64,000 nt of DNA from Chrysomallon squamiferum. Its lineage: Eukaryota > Animalia > Mollusca. The notes beneath the pieces were generated by a model. The model was not told the DNA's origin and made no database searches. It worked only from the letters and a program-made list of their open reading frames with translations. Location: the NCBI GenBank assembly GCA_012295275.1, contig CM022674.1:744001-808000 (forward strand). The letters are read 5' to 3'. Shown piece by piece: positions 26,538 to 40,583 of the stretch. Every line of letters begins with the position of its first letter. Position 1 is the stretch's first letter. The position numbers were made by a program, and so were the translations under genes.

Positions 26538-27722
26538 TTATTTATTTATTTATTTATTATGGGACGTTCTTCATCTTTATATCATATTAATTTATGATAT
26601 ATAATATTTCGTATATACATTTTCACTCCAGAATTAGGACTGTAACTAAGGTGATGTAACTTATGACGTATTCTTTAGTCAGACTGAGGGACTGTAGTTC
26701 AGCCTGCGGATGCCATATAAGTTTATCTACCATGGATCACTGAATGGAGTTTTGAAAAGCGTATATAAGTTCGTGTGTGTGTGTGTGTGTGCATGTTACG
26801 TCAACATCTACACTGTTTATTTAACACTCACCATTTAATTCCAGAACAGAGTAAATTTAAAAACCCAATATGAACGTGCTTAAGTTGTTTATCAAAATAA
26901 GAAGAATAGACTACATATTATTATAATATGCATAGCATAGATTTATTATTGTTGTTGTTGTTGTTGTTGTTATTGTTGTTGTTATGCGTTGGGATTGGAT
27001 TGTCCAGATTTCTGGATTCTCTTGCAGTACATTTAAATTTAAAGAGGAACAAAGAAATTATGAGCTGGTAAATTTCGATAAATGTTTTCCTTTAGCAAAT
27101 ACAGCTTGCTCCGTTTACCAAATCGAGCAGTTTTAAAGAAAAAGAAAGTCAAAATGTAAATAAACATTTATTAACTATAAAAAGCGGTTGTGTAACGCTT
27201 AAAATCCTGTTTAAAATATATCTATATAAATATAGCGAAAAAAAAAAAAAAAAAAGTCTTAAACTGCGATGATTTTAACAGTGACTGGAACTTTGATGTC
27301 GTCGAAGTCCACTGTGTTGTCAGCGATGTTCACATGTCGGCGATGTTCATCACGTCAACCACATCCACAACGTCACACTTCCACGAGCTTGTATAATCTG
27401 GTTAATTCAAAAACGTAACGTAATTGGTCAGAAGACGTAATATATTACATCATTATGAAAACAAAAATAATAATGTTAATCTATATTCGACCGTACTCAA
27501 ATGTAATTTCGAACAATACAAATTAAAGTTGCCTATTTTCATTCTATCCTTTGGTTAAGAACTAATTGGATACAGAATGTAAATATTGTTTGTATTTTTT
27601 TTTTTTTAAAATGGAAATCGATACAGTTCTTTTCTCTTGGTCAGCTCTCAGCCCTGTTCAAGAAGTTGGACATATACCCTCTTGCCCTACAATGGTCGGA
27701 AATTGAATACGATAATTACATC

Positions 27723-27757
<35 letters not shown>

Positions 27758-28222
27758 TTTTTTTGTTGTTGTTGTTGTTGTTTAATCCAGAAAATTTGAT
27801 CACTCGTTAAAATTGCTTTTAAACCCTTAATTGTATGGGTCGAAGTATAGTAAGCTTTTAAGTTCGTACATGCATTCATACATACATTTCAATGATACAT
27901 TCATACATACTTGCATGCATAAATTCATATATACATAGGCACACATACACACACATACATTTAAAATATAAAATAATAATGAAAATTAAGGACATAATTA
28001 TATTTAACAAGTACATCTGAAGAAGATTTTCTGATAATTCGAGGTTTCTGAAAGCCAATTGAAAAGAAAATCAAAGTTTTAATTCGAAAGTAACGAAACG
28101 GAACTTTAGAGTTATCGGCCATGATTAAAGGTGGCAGTACGGACAGTACCGCTTCGGACGCCATTATTCGTGTATAGGTGTCAACTGTCAAACGAAGAAA
28201 ACAGACGGAGAAATCTGTTAGA

Positions 28223-28503
28223 ATGACTTGTGATTTGCCATGTATATCGTACATGGCGATTTACGTCATTTCAATGCACATTGTAAACAGTAATTCTAGA
28301 AGCTCGTCTGGTTCGAATCACTGGCGATTTGATCCGGGCGAGGGCAAAGTGAGACAAGCAACAACAGACGACCCAAATCATTCGGATGACGATTTAGTGA
28401 TGGGCATTTTGAAAAACAAAGTTATAAAAAATGGAGAATGGCGTGTGGAAACAAAACATGCGTGCGATACTGCAGAGTCTCAACGAAAAGAACAAGAAAA
28501 AGG
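28223..28503 (+). CDS. TTC17-related TPR protein, exon 1
   Basis: ATG at 28223 (alternative ATG at 28253). A mildly hydrophobic N-terminus is followed by GSNHWRFDPGEGKV, reminiscent of the TTC17 N-terminal HWxxxxxGKI motif as I recall it. Donor GG|GTAATC at 28504 is phase 2, matching the next exon. Confidence 0.7.
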
Positions 28504-28822
28504 GTAATCTATCTGTGGAAGAATCTATATGTTAACGATCTTAACCCATCTTCGTGACTATCTTCATCTTGTTATTTAATCTTAGCATGTATATTATTAA
28601 TAATAATAACATGATTTGTTTTGTTTTGTATAATAACGAATATGCATTCATACCTTAAGAAGCCGTATTACAGAAGTAAGTGAAAAGCTTACTTACACTG
28701 TTGTACCTTGACCGCTTTATGCATAATATTGCACAACAATTAGTACTGTTTGGTAATTACAGCTCAGAACATTCTATCGTGGGTGCTTATCCATAACGAC
28801 AGTCATCTAAAATTTAAACTAA

Positions 28823-28888
<66 letters not shown>

Positions 28889-29695
28889 GTATTAGATTAT
28901 TATAATATCCTTTATTAACACATAATAATATTGAAAGTAGGTTTGTGTTCATAATAGCCTAACAGTAAATCTAAAATCAATATTTTGTCCATAGGTAAGG
29001 CATGTGTATGTACACACGCAAACGTACACACAGCAACACACACATACACGTACAAATAAACAATATATTTAAAATTTACTCATATGTATTATTCACACTG
29101 CACAGTAATAACCCAATTTGTTCCAAAATATCATTCATGTACAGTGAAAATAACATCTGTATATTTATAATACATTATATGCATTTACCTTTGTCTTTGA
29201 ATATAAATATTTAGAAACTAAAACTTAAAAGGAGAAATTTTACTTGAGAACATGTCTTTAATATTTTAAGCATGAATGATTTAGAAATTAATTATTAATA
29301 TTTAACATTTACTGAGTATTAATATTAAATATATAAATATATTGTTGAATTTTTAAGAACATTTGAAAATTTCATTACTTAAGACAAGAACGTAATGAAC
29401 AAAACATTTTGTAAACTGAATTATTTATTATGTTTTAGTTTCTTTTCTTTTTTCTGAAGGTAACACATAACAAATAATATTGTAATTATTATAAAGATCA
29501 TCATTCTCAAATACCCATTTAATTTACTATTGTTTTTTAATTTTTATTTCAACACTGTTATAACCAAGGGATGAAAAAAAAAAACCAAACAATACACTTT
29601 AACCTGCAAACCCATTATATTATCATTCATTATTAATTATGAAGGTTAGCATTGCCTGATTTTAAAAAAAAAAATTTATGTTTGTTTTATTTTAG

Positions 29696-29912
29696 CACAA
29701 AATCAGCTAATAAAAAACCCAAACGTACTTTAACCTGTGGACGGTCAGTCAACGCAACGCAGTATGACCACCTCCGCGGTGTAGCGGAGAGAAAAGAACA
29801 CATTCAGTTTCCAGAGCCAGAAGTCGCCATGATTTTTCAGAAGAAGGGAACACAGATTTCAGACGTTGATATGAATGAACTCGAAGAAAGATTGTGGAAA
29901 GCCAAAAAACAG
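29696..29912 (+). CDS. TTC17-related TPR protein, exon 2
   Basis: Acceptor tttgttttattttag. Encodes TKSANKKPKRTLTCGRSVNATQYDHLRGVAERKEHIQFPEPEVAMIF...LEERLWKAKKQ. Donor CAG|GTTTAA, phase 0. Confidence 0.85.
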
Positions 29913-29931
29913 GTTTAATATAAACTTCTGA

Positions 29932-29970
<39 letters not shown>

Positions 29971-30665
29971 TATGATAATATTAAAATGCAGAAACAACAA
30001 ATTGGAATGAGAAACCAAAGCTTAATAAAAGAAACAAAAAACAATAATTACAGTTTTGAATAATACAGGCAAATCATTTTATTTATTAATATATTGTACA
30101 AAATGTATTATAATTTTTTATATAAAATGTTAGTTTTTGTATCTTTGGAATTGAAAATTATTTTTCTTTCTTGTAATTACTCATAGCTATATAAGTATAA
30201 AACACTGTTACTGGTCATTAAAAAATAATGTTTATATTTTCCTTTTTAAGAAATTATATTTTCTTCATAACATTATCTATTTTTAAACATCAGAAGTTTG
30301 GGTTGGCTATAAATTTCTGTTTGTTTTGAATATTACCTCCCTTTAAGGCCTTTCCTGGACTTTTTCCTACTGGTGCATTTTCTTCTAAGCTTTAAGTATT
30401 TGAATTTAAATGTAATCAAATGCATTTTTGCTATATAACACGGTGCTCTGTAGGCCTTATTTATAATTACAACATACTGTCATAAATAAACTTGTTTACT
30501 TCTGATACATTATTAACAAATCAAGAACTGTTTTGTACAATATTTACTTTCATAAATAATATATATGTGTGAGTGTGTGTGTGTATGTTACTACATATAT
30601 TTAAATTTATATAAAAGCATATCCTTTACTGGGTTTTTTATTTTTTTGTTTTAAATTATTTTCAG

Positions 30666-31244
30666 AAGACAAAATCAATACAGCTATACAACCAGATAGG
30701 AAACTTTTGGCGAATCAAAGGCAACACACAGCTGTCTATAGACTGTTTTCGAAAAGCGCTGTCGATATCACCGGACAACCCCGACGTGCTGCTCAACCTC
30801 GCGCGAGTCCTCTTCAACCTCCATTACTTGGATGATGCCATTTTCCTCACCCGGCGATCGCTGATGATGCAGTCGCCGAGCCAGAACTCGTGGCTCCAGC
30901 ACTTCACGCTGGGCGAGATTTTAAAAGCGTACGGCCACTTCCAGGAGGCCTCGCTGCACTTCAGACACTCGCTGGAGTTGAACCCAGGCTTCCAGCCAGC
31001 TCAGGCGCACCTGAGGGAGATGGAAGGCTCGCCCAGCCCGTCAGTGACTCAGTACACGTTGTTCATTATCTTGTTTCTCGTTCTCGGGGTACTCTTTGGT
31101 GTCATCACGTCTATAGAAGCCAATTTCGACGAAAGCAGCGACATGGTGAAAACTCAGAGACACTTTAACAGGGCTATGGCTATGAGATCTATCAAACTTG
31201 GGATTAACCCCCGACTGATAAGAATGCGCAAGTTGAACTGTTGA
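30666..31244 (+). CDS. TTC17-related TPR protein, exon 3 (three TPR-like repeats, transmembrane helix, short tail)
   Basis: Acceptor attattttcag. LYNQIGNFWRIKGNTQLSIDCFRKAL...VLLNLARVL...HFTLGEILKAYG...SLELNPGF resembles the first TPR cluster of TTC17. It is followed by hydrophobic YTLFIILFLVLGVLFGVITSI and TGA at 31242-31244. The spliced CDS is 1077 nt (358 aa). Confidence 0.9.
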   Translation, partial: KTKSIQLYNQIGNFWRIKGNTQLSIDCFRKALSISPDNPDVLLNLARVLFNLHYLDDAIFLTRRSLMMQSPSQNSWLQHFTLGEILKAYGHFQEASLHFRHSLELNPGFQPAQAHLREMEGSPSPSVTQYTLFIILFLVLGVLFGVITSIEANFDESSDMVKTQRHFNRAMAMRSIKLGINPRLIRMRKLNC

Positions 31245-31410
31245 ATAGATACACACGTATGTAATCCATATATGTGTGTGTGTGTTAGAATAACGAGATA
31301 CCTTGTTCAGGTACTTGTGCAGTTAGCGTGACACACTGTACAAAATATATTGCAAATTTCACATTGTTACTTTTAAGAGGCATATGATTTAGTATTTAAA
31401 CTGAATTAAA

Positions 31411-31441
<31 letters not shown>

Positions 31442-31709
31442 CTTCTAGGGATAAAAATAATAACAGTAAAAGTTAAATAACAAAAACAGTACTATTAATA
31501 GTAATCACTATTAGTTTGTAAACGTTACAGATACACTGTTTTATGTAATCTTCTGTACATCAGTTGTTTCATGAAGAACAATATTTCCAGTTTCTAATTA
31601 GAAATTAGAAAGATGAATAGAAAGTTAAAATGCACTGCTATATAGTTTTTTGTCTCGTGTACTTTTCTAAAAATAATAATAACAGATGAAAACATATTGC
31701 CTATATATA

Positions 31710-31745
<36 letters not shown>

Positions 31746-33364
31746 TATATATGCATATATATATATATATATATATGCAATATCATTTTCGTCTGTTCGT
31801 ACAGTGAAATGATTGAAGTCTGTAACTGATAGCCTGATTTTGATAATGAATATCTAACTGCCAAAATTGTTTTCATAATTTTGTTAAACCTTCCTTGATT
31901 TCACTTTGATAAATTAAAAGCAGGCAGACAGTTTTCCCTTGCTGTTAGTTGCATGAAAGTGCATGCAAGCTGAAATATTCTTTTTATTTTTCTCTATTAT
32001 AGAAATGCTACTTGGGTTATTACATTTATGGTTTATCTACGTAATCTACTAATTTTAGGTCATTTTGTAGTTTCATACTGTCTAATGCTGGCCAGTTCAG
32101 TGCAAAATATTTTGTATTATTATTATTATTATTATTGTTTCTTTCTTTTTTTTTCTTTTTTTTTTCAATTTTAATTTTTTCTTTTTTTATATTAATTTTT
32201 TTATTTACATCATCTTCATTTGGAAAATAAATTTAAAGAAATTCCTATCTTAATGATTTTGACTTGAAAAAGAAAAACCTTTACATCAGGTTTGATACCT
32301 GCCTTTTTATAAATTTCTTTAAATTTTTTAAAAAGACCTGTCTTTATTATATTTTTTCATTTTTTAATATGTTTATATAAACAGCTAAATTTAAATTAGG
32401 AGAAAATGTTATTGTTTTTCTTACTACTTCTACTTACATACACTAATTATAAAACCCTAAGAGAATTTTTAAAACTTAATTTGAAAAAATATAATAATTT
32501 ATAAAAGTCTTAAGAAAGATTTCTAATCATTTGAATTAATTTGTAACATCTGAACCTGAAAATATATATATTTAAATCATTATTATTAATATTGTTGTAA
32601 TTTCATTCTGAGATAATATATTACATGAAAAGTTTTAAAACTATAAAACTAATTACTAAATTAATAATAGCAAAATACCATGACATCTGTTTGCTATTCA
32701 ACATTAATATTTTGCCCTTGTTCTGTCTCCTCAATGAAATATTTGTTTGCAGTGAACTACATTAGCCTAGGACCAGCAAATATGTTTGTATATCCATCTG
32801 TTTGCAAACAAGTTTCATTAAAACTAGACAACATAATCAGTCAAAAAGCAATTACTAATTTGTTATGGAGGGTTTTTTCTGTGTTGCCTTTTTTTCTTTT
32901 CTCTTTTTCTTTGATTAATTGGTATATTAAAACACTCAATTTTGTATCCAGTCTTTAATAAATGATAAATAATAATGTACACAGTGCAAATGAAACAATT
33001 TTATTTTATTTTTTTTATTTTTTTTAACTCTTGAGCAACATAGCAAAACAAATGTTTAAACTGAAGTCAGTATGGTGCAAAAACATTTTTAACAATGTTT
33101 ATAGGATTTGAGATTAATATATTTTCCTGTCCATTTTTTAAATATTTATTATTATTATTATTATTATTTTAAAACTGTATTTCGTATTAATTTTTTCTCG
33201 TTGTTTTGTACCAAAATACATTTTATTTGCCGAAATGATGTCACTTCAAATTCTTCCAGTATTTTCACAATAATTATGTAAGTACCTGTTTACAAAAAAT
33301 GAGACCTTGTTTTTTTTTTTACTTAACTTTTCTTTTTAATTTGTTTTTAAACTGATTTATTTAC

Positions 33365-33420
<56 letters not shown>

Positions 33421-33590
33421 TTGGTTAGATAACCCACTGCACTGTTTTGGTGTTGCAGTAGTAGCAGAAGTGATACTATTGTTAAACCTGTTTATATTTG
33501 TAATGGTTTAACAGTTAGATGATTAATGAGAAGTCTCACTTGCTTGTTTAACCTTAGAAAACTGATCAGAGATAGAAATTAAGAAAGTTA

Positions 33591-33624
<34 letters not shown>

Positions 33625-33809
33625 TTTTTATTTTTTGTTACATATCTAAATCTTAGATTCTATTAATAGTTTATTTTTTTATTTTTTTATTTTATTTTTT
33701 TATTTAAACTGAAAATAATAATAATATGGAACTGTTTATAAACCGGTGTTGGTTAATACCTCTATTTTATTTATATTATTATTATTATTACATTTTTTTT
33801 TTTTATTTT

Positions 33810-33849
<40 letters not shown>

Positions 33850-35969
33850 ATTTTACATTTCATAGATTCTAGTCTTCCTGGATAATAACAATAATAATAA
33901 TAATAAAAACAACTGCTTAGAATGCTACTTAAAGGAAAAAAAGTAAAATACTTGTTTTCTTTTGTTGAAATGTCTTTTGTTGTTTGTTCAGTTAATTACA
34001 AGTTTTAATATGAGTGATTGACAAAGCCTGAAAAAAATACATCCATCACTTGTGACAAAAAAAAAAAAAAAAAATTAACCAATTAATTAATTAATTTGAA
34101 AAATAATAGTGTTTTAATAATGATGTCACAGCTCAAATGTGGAACATCATTGTAGTAAATGTTGCACAAAATCAGAGCACAAAAAATAATGCAGTAAAGA
34201 AATATGGTTATTAAATGTCAAATGATAATTGTGAGTGAAAAATGAACAAGCTAATTAAGGCCAGCTGTTGCGATGTTAAAACAAAAGTAATTATAAAAAT
34301 CAGATGATGAAATAATGAGTCTTCCTGACTGATCAGCTCATTTTAATATTAAACAGGTAAGTGTTAATAAAATCGGTTTATCTGTATGTGTGTGTGTGTA
34401 TATGTATATGTATATATAGTTGTACAGGGAGAGAGAGAAAGTTAGGGTTTTGATGAAGGTTATCGGAAGCAAAACCTGTCTGGCCACATGGTTCACTGTT
34501 TTTGATTATAAAACAATTTAACAGACGCTTAAACACAGTAATGGAATTTATCACTTATTATTTGTTATGATGTACCATCAAACTAGCAGATCAGTACGTA
34601 CCCTCACATTTGATTTTAAAAAAAAATTAAAAAAAAAAAATGGCTATTGCTGGAGATATTATTAAAAGTTAGTGATAGCAGTTTGCTTCTTTTAATAAAA
34701 CTTTCTACTTCTTGAACGTATATCGACATTAATTTTCAAATTAGTATCACAAAAGAATTTAAGTAAAATTAAAAATAATTTCCAATATTTTTGTAAATAA
34801 ATAAATATCAATAGTATTACTTCTATGCATTAAAACATTACATCGTTAAGTTTTCACAGATTAGCGGAGAAAGATATAAATAAGCCTTTAAAGACAAATA
34901 TAATTAAACAAGAACCCAGAGTTTTATGTTACAGTTAAATTCTGACTTGAATATTGCTTGTTGAGTTTCGACAAATTTATAACTCTACTCAGCATAGAAA
35001 TATATTCAGAAAAATAACTCGCATCACAGTAGTAAATATAATAATTATAAATTGAGTTTTACTTATTATATAAGTTTCAGTTGTAAAAGTTTTAAAGTTT
35101 GTGATAAGCATTTGTTAATGTCTCTGTTTTGTTTAAACTGCAAGGTTTCTGTGTCACCTTTATGACCTTTGTATTTTAACACTCAAAATGAAATGAGAAT
35201 CGTCACAATAATTGTATTATAGGTTTGTTAATCGATATACTTCCAGTTTTAATAAAATAAATTCTTGCCAGACATGGGGAAATAAAAATACTGAAACAAA
35301 AATATATGCACTGAAATAGTTTAAACTACTCAAAATTCATTTTATTTGAGACCTATTAATAAATTTAGATATATCGGTTAACACCGAATTTTTAAAATAA
35401 CAAAAATAAATTTAAAAAAAGTAAGAAAAGAAAGAAAAACTGAAAGCTTATGTTTTCAGACACACTGTGTTATTAGTCATACTACTTCTGCTGCAAAAAA
35501 AAAAAAAAAAAAAAAAAATGCTACTACTACAACTACAACAACTAAATAATAAACGAACATAAGATTTAAATTCATAATCTAACCTCCATTTCACTGACTG
35601 TTTGGTCGCTAAGTTAATGACGTCATAATTGCACTATGACGTTCTACAGCAACCCACCCAGTGTACGGTCACTGCAAATTTTTAATAACAAATCAGCTAA
35701 AATAAAAAAATAAAAGAAGTATATTTCGGATATTTTTTGTAATACTTCAGACGATGTGTATTTTTTTTTAAGGATAATGGTTCGAAATTGTGACGGAGAA
35801 TAAATGGATTCATTTTTCCATCGCATAATAGATAATACAGTTAATGACGGACAGCTTCGTTATCACTGAAGTTAGAATTTTCGATTCAGTCTGAATATGA
35901 ATTTAATTAATTAATAATTATTTATTTGCTGTTATATTTTGATATGTGTTTGTATGAATGTCTGTAGAG

Positions 35970-36011
<42 letters not shown>

Positions 36012-36539
36012 TATAGATGCATCCATACTTACATACATGTGTACCACCTACCTAACCTACCTAATGCATGTAAGTATTTTGCTAATACAGTACGTTTAAT
36101 TATCAAGGTTACCAGGTTCAGTATTTTGACTGACTAAGCATCGTGTAAATTACGTTGTATTTGCTGCACTAAACGTCTTTGCTAATTATACCTCTAATAA
36201 CATGCAGCGTGTATCTAAGTATACCGCTATATTAATCCAGTGAGTAATGTTGTGAAATATGAAAGAGTAATTGACGTTTAATTAACATGAAAAACAAGTA
36301 CGCGTGTATTACTGAGGGATCTACGAGTGCGTTCTGCAAACTGGCATCCCCCGCGTCTTCCTGGCGATTTATTATTAATAATGTGAGCTCGATGTTTGTT
36401 CTTTAATTACTTATTAGTATCATTTTTTTTTTTTTTTTTCTTTTGATTATTTCAACTACTACTAATTCAAATACACATAGTTGTTTCATACTACAAAACT
36501 AATACTGCTGTTATCACTACTAACTGTTATTATTATAAT

Positions 36540-36646
36540 TATATACAGTACGTTATTCGCCTTGTTTAGTTTTCCCAAAAAGGCCGTCGTAAATATTTAT
36601 ACACTCCAGTCGCTCCTAGACAAAAGAAAGCGAAATAATTGTTGTA
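36540..36646 (+). repeat. Dispersed repeat copy B with a (GGT)n(TAG)n tail
   Basis: TATATACAGTA...GCGAAATAATTGT matches copy A in inverted orientation. Confidence 0.9.
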
Positions 36647-36679
36647 GTCGTAGTAATGGTGGTAGTGGTGGTGGCGGTG

Positions 36680-36721
<42 letters not shown>

Positions 36722-36908
36722 ATCGAAACCATTTCTTCTTGAAGGTTATATCAGCCACAATTCTGGCACACCTATTTTAAATATTGGATGTCAACCCCTT
36801 TAGTAACACTTTTTTCTATTCAAATATTTCTTTCTATATCACTTTTTAAAACGTTTCCTAATAAACTTTAAGAAACAAGACGAACAACAAAATATTATTT
36901 TACATATA

Positions 36909-36914
36909 TTTATT
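36909..36914 (-). promoter_or_regulatory. Candidate polyadenylation signal of TMEM26
   Basis: AATAAA on the minus strand, followed by a GT/T-rich element (ttttgttgttcgtcttgtttctt). It implies a ~3.7-kb 3' UTR. Confidence 0.35.
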
Positions 36915-37360
36915 ATTCAAGAGAAAAAGAGGTAACAAGCATGAGTTAATATACACATGAAAATAAAAGAAATCAAAAAATCAAAAAAAGGTGAAAAATA
37001 CAAAATTCTGTTTTGTGAATGATAATTTCTTTAAAAACAATGTTCAGTAATGATGGACGATTCACAAAAAAAAAAAATAAAAATAAAGTAAAAACAAACA
37101 AACAGCAAATTTACATATTAAAATCTAAAAAACGATTTTTCTCTGTTGAAACGTATTATGAAAAGCGCCAGTTTTAGTCTGGACGAATTGACAGTATTGA
37201 AACGATGTCTCTTTATCATAATTTAAAGAAACAAGTCACATTTATAATGTCAGAGATCTCCAGCTAAAACCAGAGACATTCATTGGTATAGGCTACAACT
37301 GCTAAAGAAACAGGAGGTTTTATTGGTTTTATAATTTATGTATACAAACGTACACTAATA

Positions 37361-37722
37361 TGTTTCATTAACAGTGACGTAGAATCATCTTTCATTAATA
37401 GTGACATAATCACGTTTCATTAATAGTGACGTAAAATCATGTTTCATTAATAGTGACATAATCACGTTCCATTAATAGTGACGTAAAATCGTGTTTCATT
37501 AATACTGACATACAATTATGTTTCACTAATAGTGACATACAGTTATATGTTTCATGAATAGTGACATACAATTATAGTGATATACAATTATATGTTTCAC
37601 TAATAGTGACATACAATTATATGTTTCATGAATAGTGACATACAATAATATGTTTTATTAATAGTGACATATAACACTGTGTTTCATTAAAAAGCTACTT
37701 ACAGTCACGTGTTTCATTAACA
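37361..37722. repeat. Minisatellite, ~13 copies of a 25-30-bp unit (TGTTTCATTAATAGTGACATA...)
   Basis: Tandem units read directly from the sequence. Confidence 0.9.
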
Positions 37723-38079
37723 GGGTTTAACACTCACGACTCTGTAACTGTCCAAATCTTTACAACCTCAAAATCTGAAGTGGCTTGTTTCCTGTATTAC
37801 GGAGATTAATTCTGTATCAACACCTGCCTAATAGGCCTTTTAAAGTTTCCCAAAACTCAATTCTTTAGCGGTGTCCTTAGCCCGTTTTCGTTGAATTTGT
37901 AAAGCAGAGCTCAGTTAATGCTGTTCTTGTAAATATTCAGTGTCATTGTATTAATAGGACTGCATGAGAAATTTACTGAAGTACCCTGTGATTGCATGAA
38001 CCAAGTAATTAAACTAGCTTCAATACTGTTTAGTTTTACCGTATCATGCATGAGAAGGATGGAATTACATTTTAATAAA

Positions 38080-38144
<65 letters not shown>

Positions 38145-38165
38145 TAATAATAATAATAATAAAAA

Positions 38166-38218
<53 letters not shown>

Positions 38219-40151
38219 GTAAAATAATGTTACTAACTAACTAAATAAATGAAGAAACAAATGGGGACTGAGATAACCAGACCGCCTATTCAAGACACTA
38301 TTACTTCCTGCAGTGTAGACGATTATCTGGTTTCAGAAAGAGAGGTGTGTGTTTTGCATCTTCTGCGTTATCACCGGGAGGTATGTGGCACTGACTCCTT
38401 GCATTTTAGATTAATATCAGACCTGGCAGTTTAACAGCTGTCTGTGTACACGTGTAAAGCAAGTCGTTATCATCATCATCACCATCAACATTATCATTAT
38501 CATCATCGTCGTGGTCATAATCATCATCATCATTAATATCGTCAACATGTATTGTCGTTAGCATTGCCATTATCATTATCGCTGCAACCCATCATGTAAA
38601 GAATTGTTGAGACCATCAAGAAGCTCTATAATCATTATGTTCATCTCCCTCTTGTTATAATACTAATCATCATTAGCATTGCCATCATCTCCTTTATCTT
38701 CTTCGTCGACTACGTTTACAAACAGTCGTAAATTATTTTCTGAAGCAGTAAAATAACTCACAGTGTCCGTCATCGTAATGTTTCTTTGACCACGGGTCCG
38801 TTTCGAAACTCGAACAAAAACATCACGGGTAACAAATCTTCTGTCTGACTTCTCCTCTTCTGATTGATCGCCCACATTTTCCACACAGCGCTCATCATAA
38901 CGATCCGAGACAAACACGTCTCAAACTGTAACAGATGAAACTGTTTTTTTTTTTCCATGCCTGTGTAAAAATTCCCAGGTTGCTAGTTCTGGCAAAAGAT
39001 GAAGGCAATGCACCAGAATTACATACATGATATCAATAGGTTCTTCAGTTGTTTTTTTTTTTTTTTTTTTTTTTTTCTTTCTTTATCCAAAAAAAAAAAA
39101 AAGAATAATTTCAAACCCAAGACAAAAATGATTGCCTTGAACTGTATTATATAATTCTCTTGTGAATTGTTACCTTTAAATTCGGTTAAGATCGTTATTT
39201 TCTGTGCTCTTGGTTTATATCCAGTGTAATCTTCAAAACTTGCCTACAACATGGCGGATAGGTTTAATAACAGATTGTAACTTAGAGAAATAGTTTGATT
39301 TTATTTGTTATTGTTGGTGATGGCGATATTGTTATTATTGTTTATTACTATTCTTGTTTTTATTGTTATTATTATTATTATTGTTACTGTTGTTATTGTA
39401 ATTACTATTGGTATTGGATTGTTGTTGATGTGATTGTTTGTTCTCATTGTCGTTTTTAATGTTATTTTTGTTGTTGTTGTTGGATTGTTGTTGATATGAT
39501 TTTGTTTACTTTGTTGTCATTAACTTATAAACTTCAAATGGAAATCAAAAAGGTGGTGTTTTCGTTAAATAATATTTTTACACAAATAACAGATCTCGAA
39601 TAATATAATAAAAACAATACTTCAAGTGAATGGTTTGAGATTTAAACACTAAGATAATTCAGTAAAAATTTAATAATCAAAACTGTTCAACTAACAGCAT
39701 AAACAAACGTGTGTGTCGTTTAGATCATGAAAAAAAAAAACCACTTCCATTCAGAAAATTCAAGTAGAAATCATGTAACACATTTTCGCATCAAAATATC
39801 TGCGTACGAAAAGAAATTTTTCAGATTTCTATACTTTTAATTAAGCATCGTAAATACATTAATTCTTAGACATAACTAACCCACAAGGCGCTTCCAATCA
39901 GAAATCATCACTTTCTTGCAACAAGTCTTTAAATTTTAAAGAATTGAATTTATAAATTAATTCACCAACGTAGTTAATATTTAAAATTTATGATATTAGT
40001 ATCTATGTATGGATAACTAATTATTAACATTAGATTCTGGTATATAGATAAATAATTGTTGATGTTATGTGTTCATCTACCGATAACATTATAAAGAATT
40101 ATAGCGGGGAAAGAGGAATGTGTAAGTGTTGAAATAGATACAGCTTTATAT

Positions 40152-40256
<105 letters not shown>

Positions 40257-40583
40257 CACTGCGCCATCTGATTAAAATTCAAAGTTTAGCCGTTCTTCAG
40301 ACGAATATTATCGATATATTTTTGTCTTCAACGAAATTAAAGTTGAATTTAAAAAAAAAAAAAAAAAAAAGTTAAATTGCCAAAAAAAAAAAACGTAAAG
40401 AAAAGAACCAGCGCACTGGCAAGCCTCTTTATGGCCTAGACGGACTGCAGAAATGTACACCAGTAAATATTTCATATAATTAAAACTGTGTGATGTCATA
40501 GGCGCCGTACAGTGACCGCCTGAACTGCCCAGTGAACAGCGCTGTCCCTGATTTCAAAAACAGTAAAAAAAATGTCCAGATAT

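Noticed and set aside
27318-27356. Box C/D-like motifs on the minus strand (GTGATGA...CTGA)
   Set aside because: Only ~34 nt lie between the boxes and there is no terminal stem. It is explained by a short direct repeat (gtc(a/g)gcgatgttca x2).
28981-29000. Second AG|GT juxtaposition (ttttgtccaTAG|GTAAGG) in intron 1 of the TTC17-like gene
   Set aside because: The intron is only ~1.2 kb, the pyrimidine tract is weak, and there is no clear downstream cryptic-exon donor.
40300-40583. Possible C-terminal extension of TMEM26 (an alternative frame ends ...GAYDITQF; acceptor-like ttttgaaatcag at ~40548)
   Set aside because: Readthrough meets a second TGA after 9 codons, and no convincing upstream donor was found. 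Treated as 3' UTR.
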